A program made the position numbers and the translations under genes. Below, in pieces: positions 1 through 11,166 of a DNA stretch of 64,000 bases. Position 1 is the stretch's first letter; the number at the start of each line of letters is the position of its first letter. Origin of the DNA: Marsupella aquatica (lineage: Eukaryota; Plantae; Marchantiophyta); assembly GCA_973895155.1 (NCBI GenBank), contig OZ316894.1:6472234-6536233 (forward strand), read 5' to 3'. A model generated the notes under the pieces. That model was not told where the DNA came from. It saw nothing but the letters and a program-made list of their open reading frames with translations, and did no database searches.

Positions 1-2330
1 GGTGGGCCCTAGAGTGCCATGTGGCCCCACATAGAGCTCGCAACCCCTCCACTAGGTGTCAAATACTATATTTACTATTCTCCAACCACTAGTTGCACCA
101 TTAGCAGTTTAGAGCCATGTTTTTGTGTTTATTTAAGGGATGATATAATGTTGGGGAAATCACTCCCAAGTCATACGACTTTGGAGTGATTTGCCAAAAG
201 TGTCACCATTGATGCATACCATCCTATCTAAAAGGAAATGAAGCCATTTTTTGGTCTCTGCAAGAAGTAGTGCAAGGTTGTCGTCCTTCCATGTAATTGT
301 GTCATGTTTGTGCCGGTGCTTGGATGGGGAATATTCTATTTTGCAAATGAATAGTGATAGGGCACTCAAGGAGGTAGTGTAATCTTCATTGAGTCATTTG
401 TGAAAAAATTGGTGTCATACGTACCAATGACTACAAGTAGGGTCATTAAATCTGTCATATAGGTTGTCACATAAGTCAAATGACTGGATTTGTGGTCATT
501 TGAGGGGTCCCTTGTGCAGTCATTAAGCAGAAGCACAAATGACCAGTTTGGGGCTAGGGGCTGGAGGTGGGCCCTAGAGTGCCATGGGGCCCCACATAGA
601 GCTGAGAACCCCTCCACTAGGTGCGGGACACTATACTCATCATTGTCCAACCACTAGTTGTGCCATGAACACTTTGGACACATGTTTTTGCGTTTACTTA
701 AGACATGATGCACCTTTGGGGAAATCACTCCCAAGTCATATGACTTTGGAGTGATTTGCTAAAAGTGTCTCCATGGATGCATACCATCGGTGCCGAAGGC
801 AAATGAAGCCCTTTTTTGTCTCTCCAAGAAGTAGTGCAACACCAATGGAAGGTTGTCATCTTGTGATATAATTGTGCCATGTTGGTGCCGGTGTTTTGAT
901 GGGGAATACTCCATTTTGCATATGAATAGTGTCGGGGCATTGTGAGTAGGTGTTGTAATCTTCATTGGGTCATTTTGGAGGAATAGTGTGTCATTAATGC
1001 CAAAGACTGCAGTAAGGGTCATTTTTGCAGTCATTTTGGAAGTCATTTGTGCACAATGACTGCATATGGGGTCATTATAGAGGTCCCTCATGGTGTCATT
1101 ATGGACCATCAGAAATGACCCACTTGAGTCTAGGAGCTTAAGGTGGCCCTAGTGTGCCATGGGGCCCTACATGAAGGTGATAACCTCTCCACTAGGTGCG
1201 GGGTACTATACTTACTATTCTCCAACCACTAGTTGCACCATGAGCACTTTGGAGCCATGTTTTCGCAATTACTAAAGGGATGATGCAACCTTGGGGAAAT
1301 CACTCCCAAGTCATACAACATTGGAGTAATTTTCCAAAAGCACCATCATGGATGAATATGTTATGTTCCAAAGGCAAATGGAGCCATTTGTTTGTTCCTC
1401 CAAGAGGTAGTGCAACACCAATGGAATGGGCGTTGTAGTGGCGCTTCCCTCTATGGTGTGTGTGCTGGTTAAAGGTATAGGAATATTCTATTTTTGCAAC
1501 GAACCTAGAGTGGGCTCTCTCGGGGGGTACTAGGACCTTCATTGGGTCATTTTTGCACAAAGTTGTGTCATAAGTACCAATGACCACAAATAGGGTCATT
1601 ACATATATCATATGGACTGTCACATAAGTCAAATGACTGGATTTGTGGTCATTTGAGATGTCCCTAGTGCAGTCATTGAAGACAAGCATAAATGACCAAT
1701 TTGGGGCTAAGGGCTGAAGGTGGGCCCTAGATTGCCATGTGGCCCTAGACATAGAGCTCGCAACCCCTCCACTAGGTGCCAAATACTATATTTACTATTC
1801 TCCAACCACTAGTTGCACTAGTTGCACTATTAGCACTTTGATGTCGTGTTTTTGCGTATTGTTAAGGCATGATGGAACTTTGGGAAAATCACTCCCAAGT
1901 CATACAACTTTGGAGTGATTTGCCAAAAGTGTCACCATCACGCATACCATCCTATCCAAAGGCAAAGAAATATTGTTTTTGTCTCTCCAAGAGGTATATA
2001 GTGCAATACTAGTGGAAGGCTATCTTCCTTCTATATATGTATGTCATGTTTTTGCCAATATTTGGAGTTAGGGTATTTTCTATTAAATTGCAAAGGAATT
2101 GTAAAGGGGCACTCCTAGAGGTAGTGTAATCTTCATTGGGTCATTTTGGAACAATGGTGTGTCATTAATTCAAACACCTCAAATTAGGGTCATCTTGGCT
2201 GTCATACTAGAGGTCAAAAGTACCAAATGACAGGAAATGTGGTCATTTCAAAGCATATTGGGGGGGTTCTCTTTGGAGTTACAAGGGAGCTCATTGAGTC
2301 TAAAAGTTTAGGGTCATTCATGCGGTCATA
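1..2330. repeat. Satellite-like tandem repeat, unit ~565-590 bp, about 4 copies, running off the left edge of the window
   Basis: The anchor AAATCACTCCCAAGTCATA recurs at ~157, ~722, ~1297 and ~1887, and CTCCACTAGGTG at ~46, ~612, ~1187 and ~1766. The minus-strand ORFs ending MTWE recur once per unit. The units are rich in AATGAC/GTCATT motifs. Confidence 0.9.
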
Positions 2331-5300
2331 TTGGAAGCCATTAATCTTGTCATATTGGAGGTCATTGATGCATGCATATATGACTGCGGACATAACCTAT
2401 CACCCAAAACACATGGCCGTTGCATAGTTAATTACACTAGTGTAATGCACAACATCCTCACCTCCCATGAAGGATTAATTTGTTTAAATGAGGGGTGGGT
2501 TATGGGTTTAGGGTCCAAATAGGTTTCCCCTTGGTCCAAATGGACCTTTTATATCATGGGCGTCCTTTTTTATATATAACATTGGTCCTTAACATTCTTA
2601 ACCATTTTGTTTCAAGGAAAGTGCCTTTTGGGGGAGCCTGAAATTAAATTTAACCAAGCCTTCCCTAGGGCCTTAGGGGGGGGGGGGGGACTTCACTTCT
2701 TGTGTGAAGTAAGGATTTTAGGGTTAAGAAGGGTGTACATTTTGGGTCATTTGAACGGACGTTCTGGGTCATTTGAACAAAGCGGACGAGGCCAATCCAA
2801 CGGTATGCTTTCTCTCACATAGGTGTTCTCCCATATTTGCAGGAGCCCTCTTTCCCTAAAAAACATCGAGTCGCGGGAGCCCTCTTTCCTGAAAAAACAT
2901 CGAGTCTTTTGTTGAATGTGCTCATTTCTTGGAGCGCCTTTGTGTGCACATTACAAGCCTCCGTGGAGCTCCGACCCATTCGGGCTGCAAGGGTTTTGTA
3001 GTTGCCATTTCTGTTCATTGTGCTGCGAGTTGGCGGAGAAGTGTGCTGCGCGGTCAAAGAAGGCTTGTTGGGGAGGAGCTTTGATTGGGTCTGCGACTCT
3101 TTTCACTATGAGCCTGCCTCGGGAGCCTGCGCTTTTTCCAGTGTGCTTTTTTCAGTGTGTGGGGGGCAACAGAGCGCAAGCTGCTGCTTGCAAGTTCAAG
3201 GTGGAGGTCGCTGGTAATGCTCCAATACGTTATTGTGATCCTTTGCTTGCCACATTTTGTGCTATGTCGTTTGTCTGCTCCGCATTTGCTGCTACATTTC
3301 CGGTTGTAGCTCGATTTTTTCCCAAAGGTGAGCTGAGCAGAGGTGAGGTCTCGTTGCTACGAGGTGGGGAGTTCAATGTAGGGGAGCTATGCGCGCGGTC
3401 CCGAGTGCCTAGGTTATCATCATAAGCACATCCGTTTGTTCCTTTTACTTGCGCATGCGCCTGCTCCCTCCCCTCTGTGCTTCCGTCAAGACTTGACGTT
3501 CAATGTTTGGCTTTCTTGGCACACCACATTACTGAGCGCTCGTTGCTTCAGGGTGCTTGGCATTGGTGAGGGTTGCGCAGCGTCGACGGCCCCCTCACGC
3601 GGATTACATGGCCATCGCTCCTGGCTGCATTGTGCCTTGGTAGCTTGGTCAGATGAGGTATGAGGCATGCTCAAGGCTTGGGTTGCGCAGCTAAGATTAT
3701 CACTGAGCTGCCGTCACGGAAGGAGCTGCGGGAGTTCAAGGGCTCAAGGCAATCCGTGACAACCTGCAATCGGCAATAAGCTACTGGTGATTGAGGAGTG
3801 GGAGGAGTGGTGAGGAGCGGGTGAGGACGAGCTGCAATCGGCAATCAACTATAGGAGGTTCTAGAGTGGAGGAGTTACGGGAGTTGAGGAGCTGTGGGAG
3901 CTGCGGTACTAGCTGTCCATTGTTGGAAGTGGGAGCTTCATTGCACAGACTGTCTTTGCAGTGCAACAGCCATTGTCAGACGGTGGTGGGAGGAACTAAG
4001 TACTTCCATTTGTGGGAGCAAGTTCGGGCTTTAAGGGTAAGCGCATGATTGTGTGATCATGCGATGGTTGGAGTTGGGGTTTCTCTCTATTTTTTTGTCT
4101 TAATCACAACTTGGACCCTCTTTCCGACCTTGTCTCAATGTTCATGGAGCTTTACATGTGCCTGCAATATATGTGTTGTCTTAAAGGATCCAGACAGATT
4201 GAATGTAATCAGTCTTAAAAACTATTCGTGCGAGGACCACTCTGCAGAACAATTGAACACCATACACCTCAAGCTTATAATTGCAAAAACAAAATAAAAC
4301 TTATTGTCTCCAAATGACAGTGTTCCTTTCTGTCTGCTATTGATTTGCTGATTTCTGATTTCTGATTTTGTTATAGTGGAACATTAAACTTTTGTTGTGG
4401 TCTGAGGATCTCCCTTCCTTAGCAACCATGTCATCATTCCGATCAATATATTGCCTACAATCCAAGCAAGAGAGATGATTATACCTCATAGATCACTAAT
4501 GAGCACTTCAGGGACCTGTGGAACATAATGCCATCGTACTAGAAGAGTAAACAGGGACCTGGGCCTCTGTCTGGTAAAATGTGCTCGTGATTAAATGTAG
4601 CCAACCAACCCATGGTGAATGCCATCCTACGGATGTAACTGCGCCCACTTTGTGTATGTCTCCTGTAGTTCCTCCTTAGCATCAATTTTTTGTGTCTGCT
4701 GTGTTCAGTTTTGATAAGTTATTGTGTTGTCTTTTTGTCGTTTGGCAATTATTGCCTCAAATGCTGTTGTATCTTTTTCTATCTCTTCCAGTATTTCATT
4801 GTGTTAGCATTGGCAACATTTGGTGTTTATGCGGCTGATGCCAAAAGTTTTTGGCTCGACCCTGTTTAATGCCTGAGTGGGCCAGGATTGTTTCTGCCTG
4901 AGTGGAAGGCGGGTCTGTTTAATGCTGCCTAATTGAACATAAGAATCTGCTAGTTCATGGAGTTTAGGCAAATCAGGATGCAACACCCTTGTACCCAAAA
5001 CTTCTTTTGGCAATGTTTGCTCTGTTTGTTGTGTTGAAAACTTTATTGGCAATGTCTGACCATGAAAGTCAGCTTGATGTTTTGTCATCAAATGATTTCA
5101 GTCTTTTACTTGAAATGAATAAATTTTGTTACAGAGAATGATCCAGAAGAAGTCTTGTCACGTTAGGAGAGTACTAACCTTCCTAGACCTGACGCAACTT
5201 GGGATGGATCATCGCCTGGTTATCTCCCGCTTTAGACTCTGGGTAGAATTTCCCGATGCTATGCAAGGACAAGGTGAGAACTTTATTCACAGCCTTGACC

Positions 5301-5923
5301 CAGGTTTACTCCAGGGCCAATGTATTTTTCTCCTTTGCTAGTTGCTGCATTTATCATTTGTCATGATTTGATTGTGTGATTGTTTTGAAGTCGTAGCCGT
5401 GGTCAAAAGCTGGTCTATAAAAAACGAATTCAGGTTGCTGCTGTATATAAAGCACAGCAAGATCCAGAACTGGAAAACTGTCCCAGCAAATTTAAATTTG
5501 TAGCTCTCACTACTTGAATATATAAATTTGCCCTGATCGATCTTAGCCTGCTGCGCACAAGGCAGGCAATGAAACAAGTCTGTCCATTTTAAAACTTGAG
5601 AACCAATGCTTTGCTGAAACTCAATTGCTGTTTGTTTTGTGTTGCCCTTACAGATTTTAAAAAGGCAGGGTGAGTGAGCACTGCTGGACAGTAGGCGAAG
5701 GCATACAGGTTGCAATATTTGTGATTGCTTCCAATCATAGGCCAAGGTTATTTGTGCTGCTCAGTCCTAGTGCTTTGCCATCCATAAAGCATTGGTTTAT
5801 GCTGCACCCTTGTGGTTACATACAGTCATATTTTATGCTGCACCCTCATTCTTTTGTGTCATGCTACACCCTGTTATTCCTTCGTGTTTCACAATCTGAT
5901 GTAGGGTCTGAGTGTGCACGACC

Positions 5924-6583
5924 ATGGCTCGCAATAAGCAGAAGGCCATGAATCGTTGCAGAGGTGAATCCTCTCAAGCACCTCAATTGTCCTTATATTC
6001 AGACATTGAGATTAAGCAGAATAGTCCACATGTATGTGCGATTTGTGATGAGGGAGGGGATCTCATTGTTTGTGATGGGCCTTGCCACCGACATTTCCAT
6101 AAGAATGTTTCCTGTCCTTTGGGTCAGCAATGGCTATGCCCAACTATATCCCTGGCTGATGGCCATGTTGGAGAATGGCTTTGTGTTGATTGCAAGAATG
6201 AGGAACATTCTTGCTTTAAGTGCCATGTGTCTGGAAAAATTGGTGAAGAGGTAAGAAAATGTCCAGACCCTCTCTGTGCCCGGTTTTACTGTCAACAGTG
6301 TTTGGTTCCTGGCACAGCATCATGTGGACTCCATATTTGTCTTACTTGTGGACAGGGGCCCAATGATGGGGCTAATGGCTTTTTGGTTCAGTGCATGAGG
6401 TGTCCTAAGGCATGGCACAAGGACTGCCTGCTGTTTATCCAGCAGAGGGGATTTGCCCATGATCGAACAATTTGGGATCACTCAGCGCATGGGCAGCCCA
6501 AGAAGGGGATGTTTTACTGTCCTGACCATGACATTGACCCTACACTAGGCACTCCTGTTAGGAGCCACATATCTTGGATGTGA
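5924..6583 (+). CDS. Stand-alone EDM2-like composite PHD-finger protein (219 aa), cargo of the CACTA element
   Basis: Start in ACCATGG context at 5924, after a splice acceptor (CTGATGTAG ending 5904). Motifs VCAICDEGGDLIVCDGPCHRHFH, WLCVDCKNEEHSCFKC, CGLHICLTC, CMRCPKAWHKDCL and YCPDHDIDPTLGTPVRSHI follow, in order, the PHD region of Arabidopsis EDM2 as recalled (VCAICDNGGEILCCEG...CPLHKCSVC...CRRCPKSYHRKCL...YCQEHEIDEELLTPVRDHV). Confidence 0.85.
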   Translation: MARNKQKAMNRCRGESSQAPQLSLYSDIEIKQNSPHVCAICDEGGDLIVCDGPCHRHFHKNVSCPLGQQWLCPTISLADGHVGEWLCVDCKNEEHSCFKCHVSGKIGEEVRKCPDPLCARFYCQQCLVPGTASCGLHICLTCGQGPNDGANGFLVQCMRCPKAWHKDCLLFIQQRGFAHDRTIWDHSAHGQPKKGMFYCPDHDIDPTLGTPVRSHISWM

Positions 6584-7172
6584 TTGAGGCTGGATGGAAC
6601 ACAAACTTGAGATAGAGCTTTTTGATGGTTTCACGTGGACTTAAACAATTTTCAGAGTGCTAAAACATGTGGACTATTTATATGCAGTTTGATGAACTCC
6701 TCATGTATACACACTCTACGACAGTGCATTGCGGATTGAGGCAATTAATTTTGAGAAATCAACTTTATTATCTTTTCCAGGGTAGGATTCCGATTTTCAA
6801 GCATGTGCTTTGAGTGTGACTTTCCTCCATATTGATGTCTAAACTTCACTTGTAAATTTGTCACTGGTGTCACAAACGTTACTTATTCCAGACCTGTCTG
6901 CTCACATTCCTAATAGGCAAACAAATACTGGAAATGATGAAGGCACAGAGATTTACGTTCATAGTAGCATTCTGATGACACTGTATGTGATGCTCTATTT
7001 GTATGCAAGAAGGAGAAGGTGCCCCACTACAGTGGATTTGAGAAACTGGGCTCTGTGGGTTTGAGCAATTGGACTGTGGTTGGCATCAGTTGTACAACTG
7101 TGACGGTAGGCCCAATTTTGTATGCATGTCACACTGATATAGTTTGAAAATCATAGTTTCAATCAAGCTAGC

Positions 7173-10100
7173 ATGGCACAATTGCCACAGAATATGTTAG
7201 GTGTGGGTAGAACTCCAAAGTTGTCGCTCTTCCATCCAGCTAGAGTACAACATCGTGATGATGCTTTGTGGGTTCGAGAACAGAAGGCCTGCCACAAGAG
7301 TGGGGACCATAAGATGTACTGCCCTTGTGTGAACTGCAAAGGGAATTATAGGACTAATCGGAATACTGCTAGACTGCACCTTATTAAACATGGTCGGTAC
7401 CCTGCATGTCGAGTGTGGGTGGGAGAGGGACAGGACTCTTCTGATGAAGAGTGGGGTGCTGACTACATGTCACAACATGGCCCTGAGGCATTGAGGGTAG
7501 CAAACCTTCAGCAGGGAACCTGTGCACAACAGCCAACTGTAGATGTTGAAGAACATATCAGAGCTCTACTGGAAGAAACGTTGCTGAGAACTAGTGAAGA
7601 ATCCCCTGAGCATGAACTAGATGATCAGGACCGTTTTGACTTGGATTTTGTACTTGGGGATGATGAGAGTGAAGGAGGTGCCCATCCTGTAAACCCCCTT
7701 GAATTCTCCGAAACTCTTGTGGAGACTGATCCTGCACAGTTATCTTTAGATGCAGCAATGCAACCTTTGTTCCCAGGCAGCAAAATAGATGTTGTGTCAT
7801 TCATGCTGCTTCTGCTAAACATCTGTCATGGCCATGGATTCTCAAACAAAGGAGTGAATGCATTGTTGTCTTTGATGGGGGAGCATGGTATGCCTGCAGA
7901 GCATAATCTGCCCAAGAACTTATATGCTGCAAAGCAGCTATTGAGAAAGCTTGGCTTGGATTATGAGAGAATCCCTGTCTGTGAGAAAGGTTGCATGCTC
8001 TTTAGGGGTGAGAATGCCAAGTTAGAAAACTGTTCAGTGTGTCAGCAGCCCAAGATGAAGAGAGTGGGGAATTCATTACAGGCAAGGAAGGTAGTGCGGT
8101 ATTTCCCTATAATTCCCAGGTTGAAGAGATTGTATGCCACTGCTGGTACATCTAAACTCATGACTTGGCATCATGAGAATAGAAGCACAGACAACATGGT
8201 TTGGCACGCAGCAGATTCAAAGGCTTGGAAGCATGTGGATACAAATATTGATCAGGAATTTGCAGTTGAACCAAGGAATGTGCGATTTGGGTTGGCACTT
8301 GATGGGGTGAATCCCTTTGGGAATAATTCCACAGCTTGGTCTACCTGGCCAATACTGTTGTTGAATTACAATTTACCTCCTTGGCTTACCACCAAGAATT
8401 TCTTTGTCATGCTAGCTATGCTGATTCCAGGACCTGATTCAGTAACAGAGGAACAGCTGGACATAATATTGGGCCCATTCTATGAGGAGCTGGAGCTGTT
8501 GTGGATGAAAGGAGTGCCCTGCTTTGACAAATTGCCACGCCCAGGATTGTCTCAACACTTCAACCTTAGGGCTGTGCTATTGTGGACAATCAATGATTAC
8601 CCTGCATATGGTTTAATATCTGGACAACAACACTCTGGATACAAAGGATGTGTCATCTGTGGGCCAGAATGTGTGGCACGTGGTTCTAAGCACTTGCAGA
8701 AATTAGAGTACAGTGGCCACCGTTGATGGTTAGCAGCAAGGCATCTTTTTCGTAGACCAGATAGTGCACAATACTTTGATGGTGCAATTGAGAGTCGACC
8801 TGCACCGTGTAGAATGACAAGCTCTGATAGAAAGAAGTGGGGAGACGAGACAACAGAATATTTGAAGAAGGGAGGAACCAAGGTTGAGGATGAGAAATGC
8901 CCCATAAAGGTGCATGGAGTGAAGAGGGCTACTGGTCTGTACAAGTTGCCCTATTGGAATGTAAGACTCCATACTACTAAAATGAATTTCTGCAATCTCT
9001 TCATATGACTTTGAAATATATTCTCTTCATATACTTCCTGTAGCCCAGATTTTGTAATTGTTGTATTCAATGCACTAATTTCTGAATTGTGTCCACTGCA
9101 CAAACTACTGCCCAGTGATGCCAAAAGTTGTATTCAATGCCCTAATTTCTGAATTGTGTGTCCACTGCAGAAACTACTCATTAACCATTGTCTAGATCCC
9201 ATGCACTGTGAGAAGAATCTTGCACACAACATTGTGCACACTATCATTGGGACCAAGGACACTCCTTCTGTGAGAGAAGACATGAAGCTCTTACAGGTGC
9301 GCCAACACCTAGGGCTTGTACCCAATCCAGCTCCCAAGCGTAAGGATGACAAATTGTTGATGCCCCCAGCCCCATATTGCCTGAGCAAGAAGGAAAGAAC
9401 AAGGTTCTTGGAGGTTTTATTGACCTTGAAAGGGCCCATTGGTTTTTCAAGTTCTTTGGCAAAGTGTGTTACAAAATCCAAGAAACTCTTTGGGTTGAAA
9501 TCACATGATTTCCACCAACTCATGCAACAGATTCTCCCTCTGGCAACAATGGGATTACTTGATGAAGGGGTTCGCTTGGCCATAGCTGGGGTGAGCAATA
9601 TCTATCGCCAGATCTGTACGAAGGTGTGGGACCCTTCAATGTATGAGAATTTGATGATGGATGTTGCATTCACTCTCTGCATTTTGGAAATCCATTTTCC
9701 ACCAAGCTTCGTTGATGTCATGACCCATTTAATGATTCACCTAGTGGAGGAATTAGACTTGTGTGGCCCAGTTACAGGCAGATGGATGTACCCAATAGAG
9801 AGGAACCTGAAGGTATTGAAGGGTTATGTACGAAACAAGGCACGTCCAGAGGCTTCTATGGCTGAAGGCTATGTATTAGATGAGTCTTTGGGACTCCTTT
9901 CTGAATACATGATTGATGCAAAGGGAGAGGGAAAACGAACCTGGGAGTTGGAGGAGGATGCTGGCGTTGCAGGCATTGTTTTGGAAGGGGCTACAAAGGC
10001 GATAACTTTGGATTGGTCTGAAATGATGGCCATGCATCATTATATATTGGAGAATGAAGAGACAGTGGTTCCATGGTACAGGTACATAAACCCTAAACTC

Positions 10101-11065
10101 TCCTATCCTTAGGCATATGGATCATAATAATGTTGCCCCATTGTGTTTGTATATTCATGGTGGATCGTGCACTAATGTCTTCAGTGTTGTTGTTGCCATG
10201 CAGGATATATGATGCTACCAATGAGACTGTTACCAAACGAAGAGTGGATTTCCGGAAGGAGTGGATGAGGAAGCCTGCCAATTGAAGAAAACCAGTGGAA
10301 TTTCCCATTGACTGCCAAGAATTGCGACCTTTCAGGGAATGGTTTCAAACATTAGTCAATACCCATAATTTTGAGAAAGAGTCTGAGCGGTCATTACTAT
10401 CTGCATACTCCACACCACCTAGTTTGAAGGCACGACTGTATAGGGCATGTAGAGCCTATGGGCGCCATTGGAGGACTATTCCATCCTTGGGGTGTTTGAG
10501 TGATTGTGATTCTGGTGCTTTCAGCACTTTTGATTCTGGGATGGCTTCTACATTCACTGAGAAGCGAGTGGACAGGTCTGGTGCAACCATAGAAGAATCT
10601 ATACAGTATGTAGGGGCCTTGACAGATATCTTGGTACTGAATTATGGCAGCTTGAGGAAAGAGGTGATTCTTTTCAAAGGGAAATGGGCAGATCCATCAT
10701 GGACTCCTAAATCCTCTGCCAGTATGAGGTATACCAAGTCTGGTCTTTGGCAGGTGAATTTCCATAGAGAACTGGGTGTGTCCAAGAAAATGGATTACGT
10801 TTTCCCAAAGCAAGTGGAGCAGGTTTTCTTCCACCCCAATGAGAAGGGGATAGCATGGAGAACAATCCTCCACAAAGTATCCAGGTCCACAAGGGTGTTA
10901 GGTGATTACACAGACGTTGATTTCCATGCTACAATGGAAAACAATGCCAAATTACACATCGAATTGGCTAAGGCCTGTAGGTCCAGAGCAAATCCAGGAC
11001 CAAGTACTGGTCCCAAACGAGGCAGAGATGTAGAGGGATCTACAAGAAAGGGCAGGCCTAAGTAG
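7173..11065 (+). pseudogene. CACTA TnpD transposase (Transposase-associated/Transposase_21/DUF4218/DUF4216 layout) with two premature stops
   Basis: Motifs YCPCVNC, RYFPIIPRLKRLY, RNVRFGLALDGVNPFG, WTINDYPAYG, DPMHCEKN, GLKSHDFH, RWMYPIER and YVRNKARPEASMAEGY. Exons ~7173-8960, 9171-10081 and 10204-11065. In-frame TGA at 8724-8726 (GHR*WL, where GHRRWL is expected) and at 10283-10285. Confidence 0.9.
9061..9179 (+). repeat. Tandem duplication of the 3' splice-site region of the first TnpD intron
   Basis: TTGTATTCAATGC.CTAATTTCTGAATTGTG..CCACTGCA(C/G)AAACTACT occurs at 9061 and 9128. The first copy ends CTGCAC and the second ends in the functional CTGCAG. Confidence 0.85.
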
Positions 11066-11166
11066 TGAATAGGTTTTAGCTAGGTGTGTGAAGTCCATAG
11101 ATGGACTACATGTATGGACTATTTATGAAATCAGACTAATGGTTTACCCATTTGTGCAGTTGGTGA

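Noticed and set aside
160-1782. Recurrent minus-strand ORFs ending in MTWE or containing HLQPLAPNWSF
   Set aside because: These are translations of the ~570-bp tandem repeat. Frames are not conserved between units and no domain is recognisable.
2431-2446. Palindrome ATTACACTAGTGTAAT containing CACTAG, as a candidate left CACTA TIR
   Set aside because: It does not match the right TIR (CACTAGTAGAAAAC) beyond CACTAGT and is not preceded by the AGT target duplication. The CACTAGTTG motifs in the satellite fail in the same way.
8724-8726. TGA as selenocysteine, readthrough or an RNA-editing site
   Set aside because: The position is a conserved Arg, other stops occur in the same element, and U-to-C editing in plants is organellar. 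A simple CGA-to-TGA mutation explains it.
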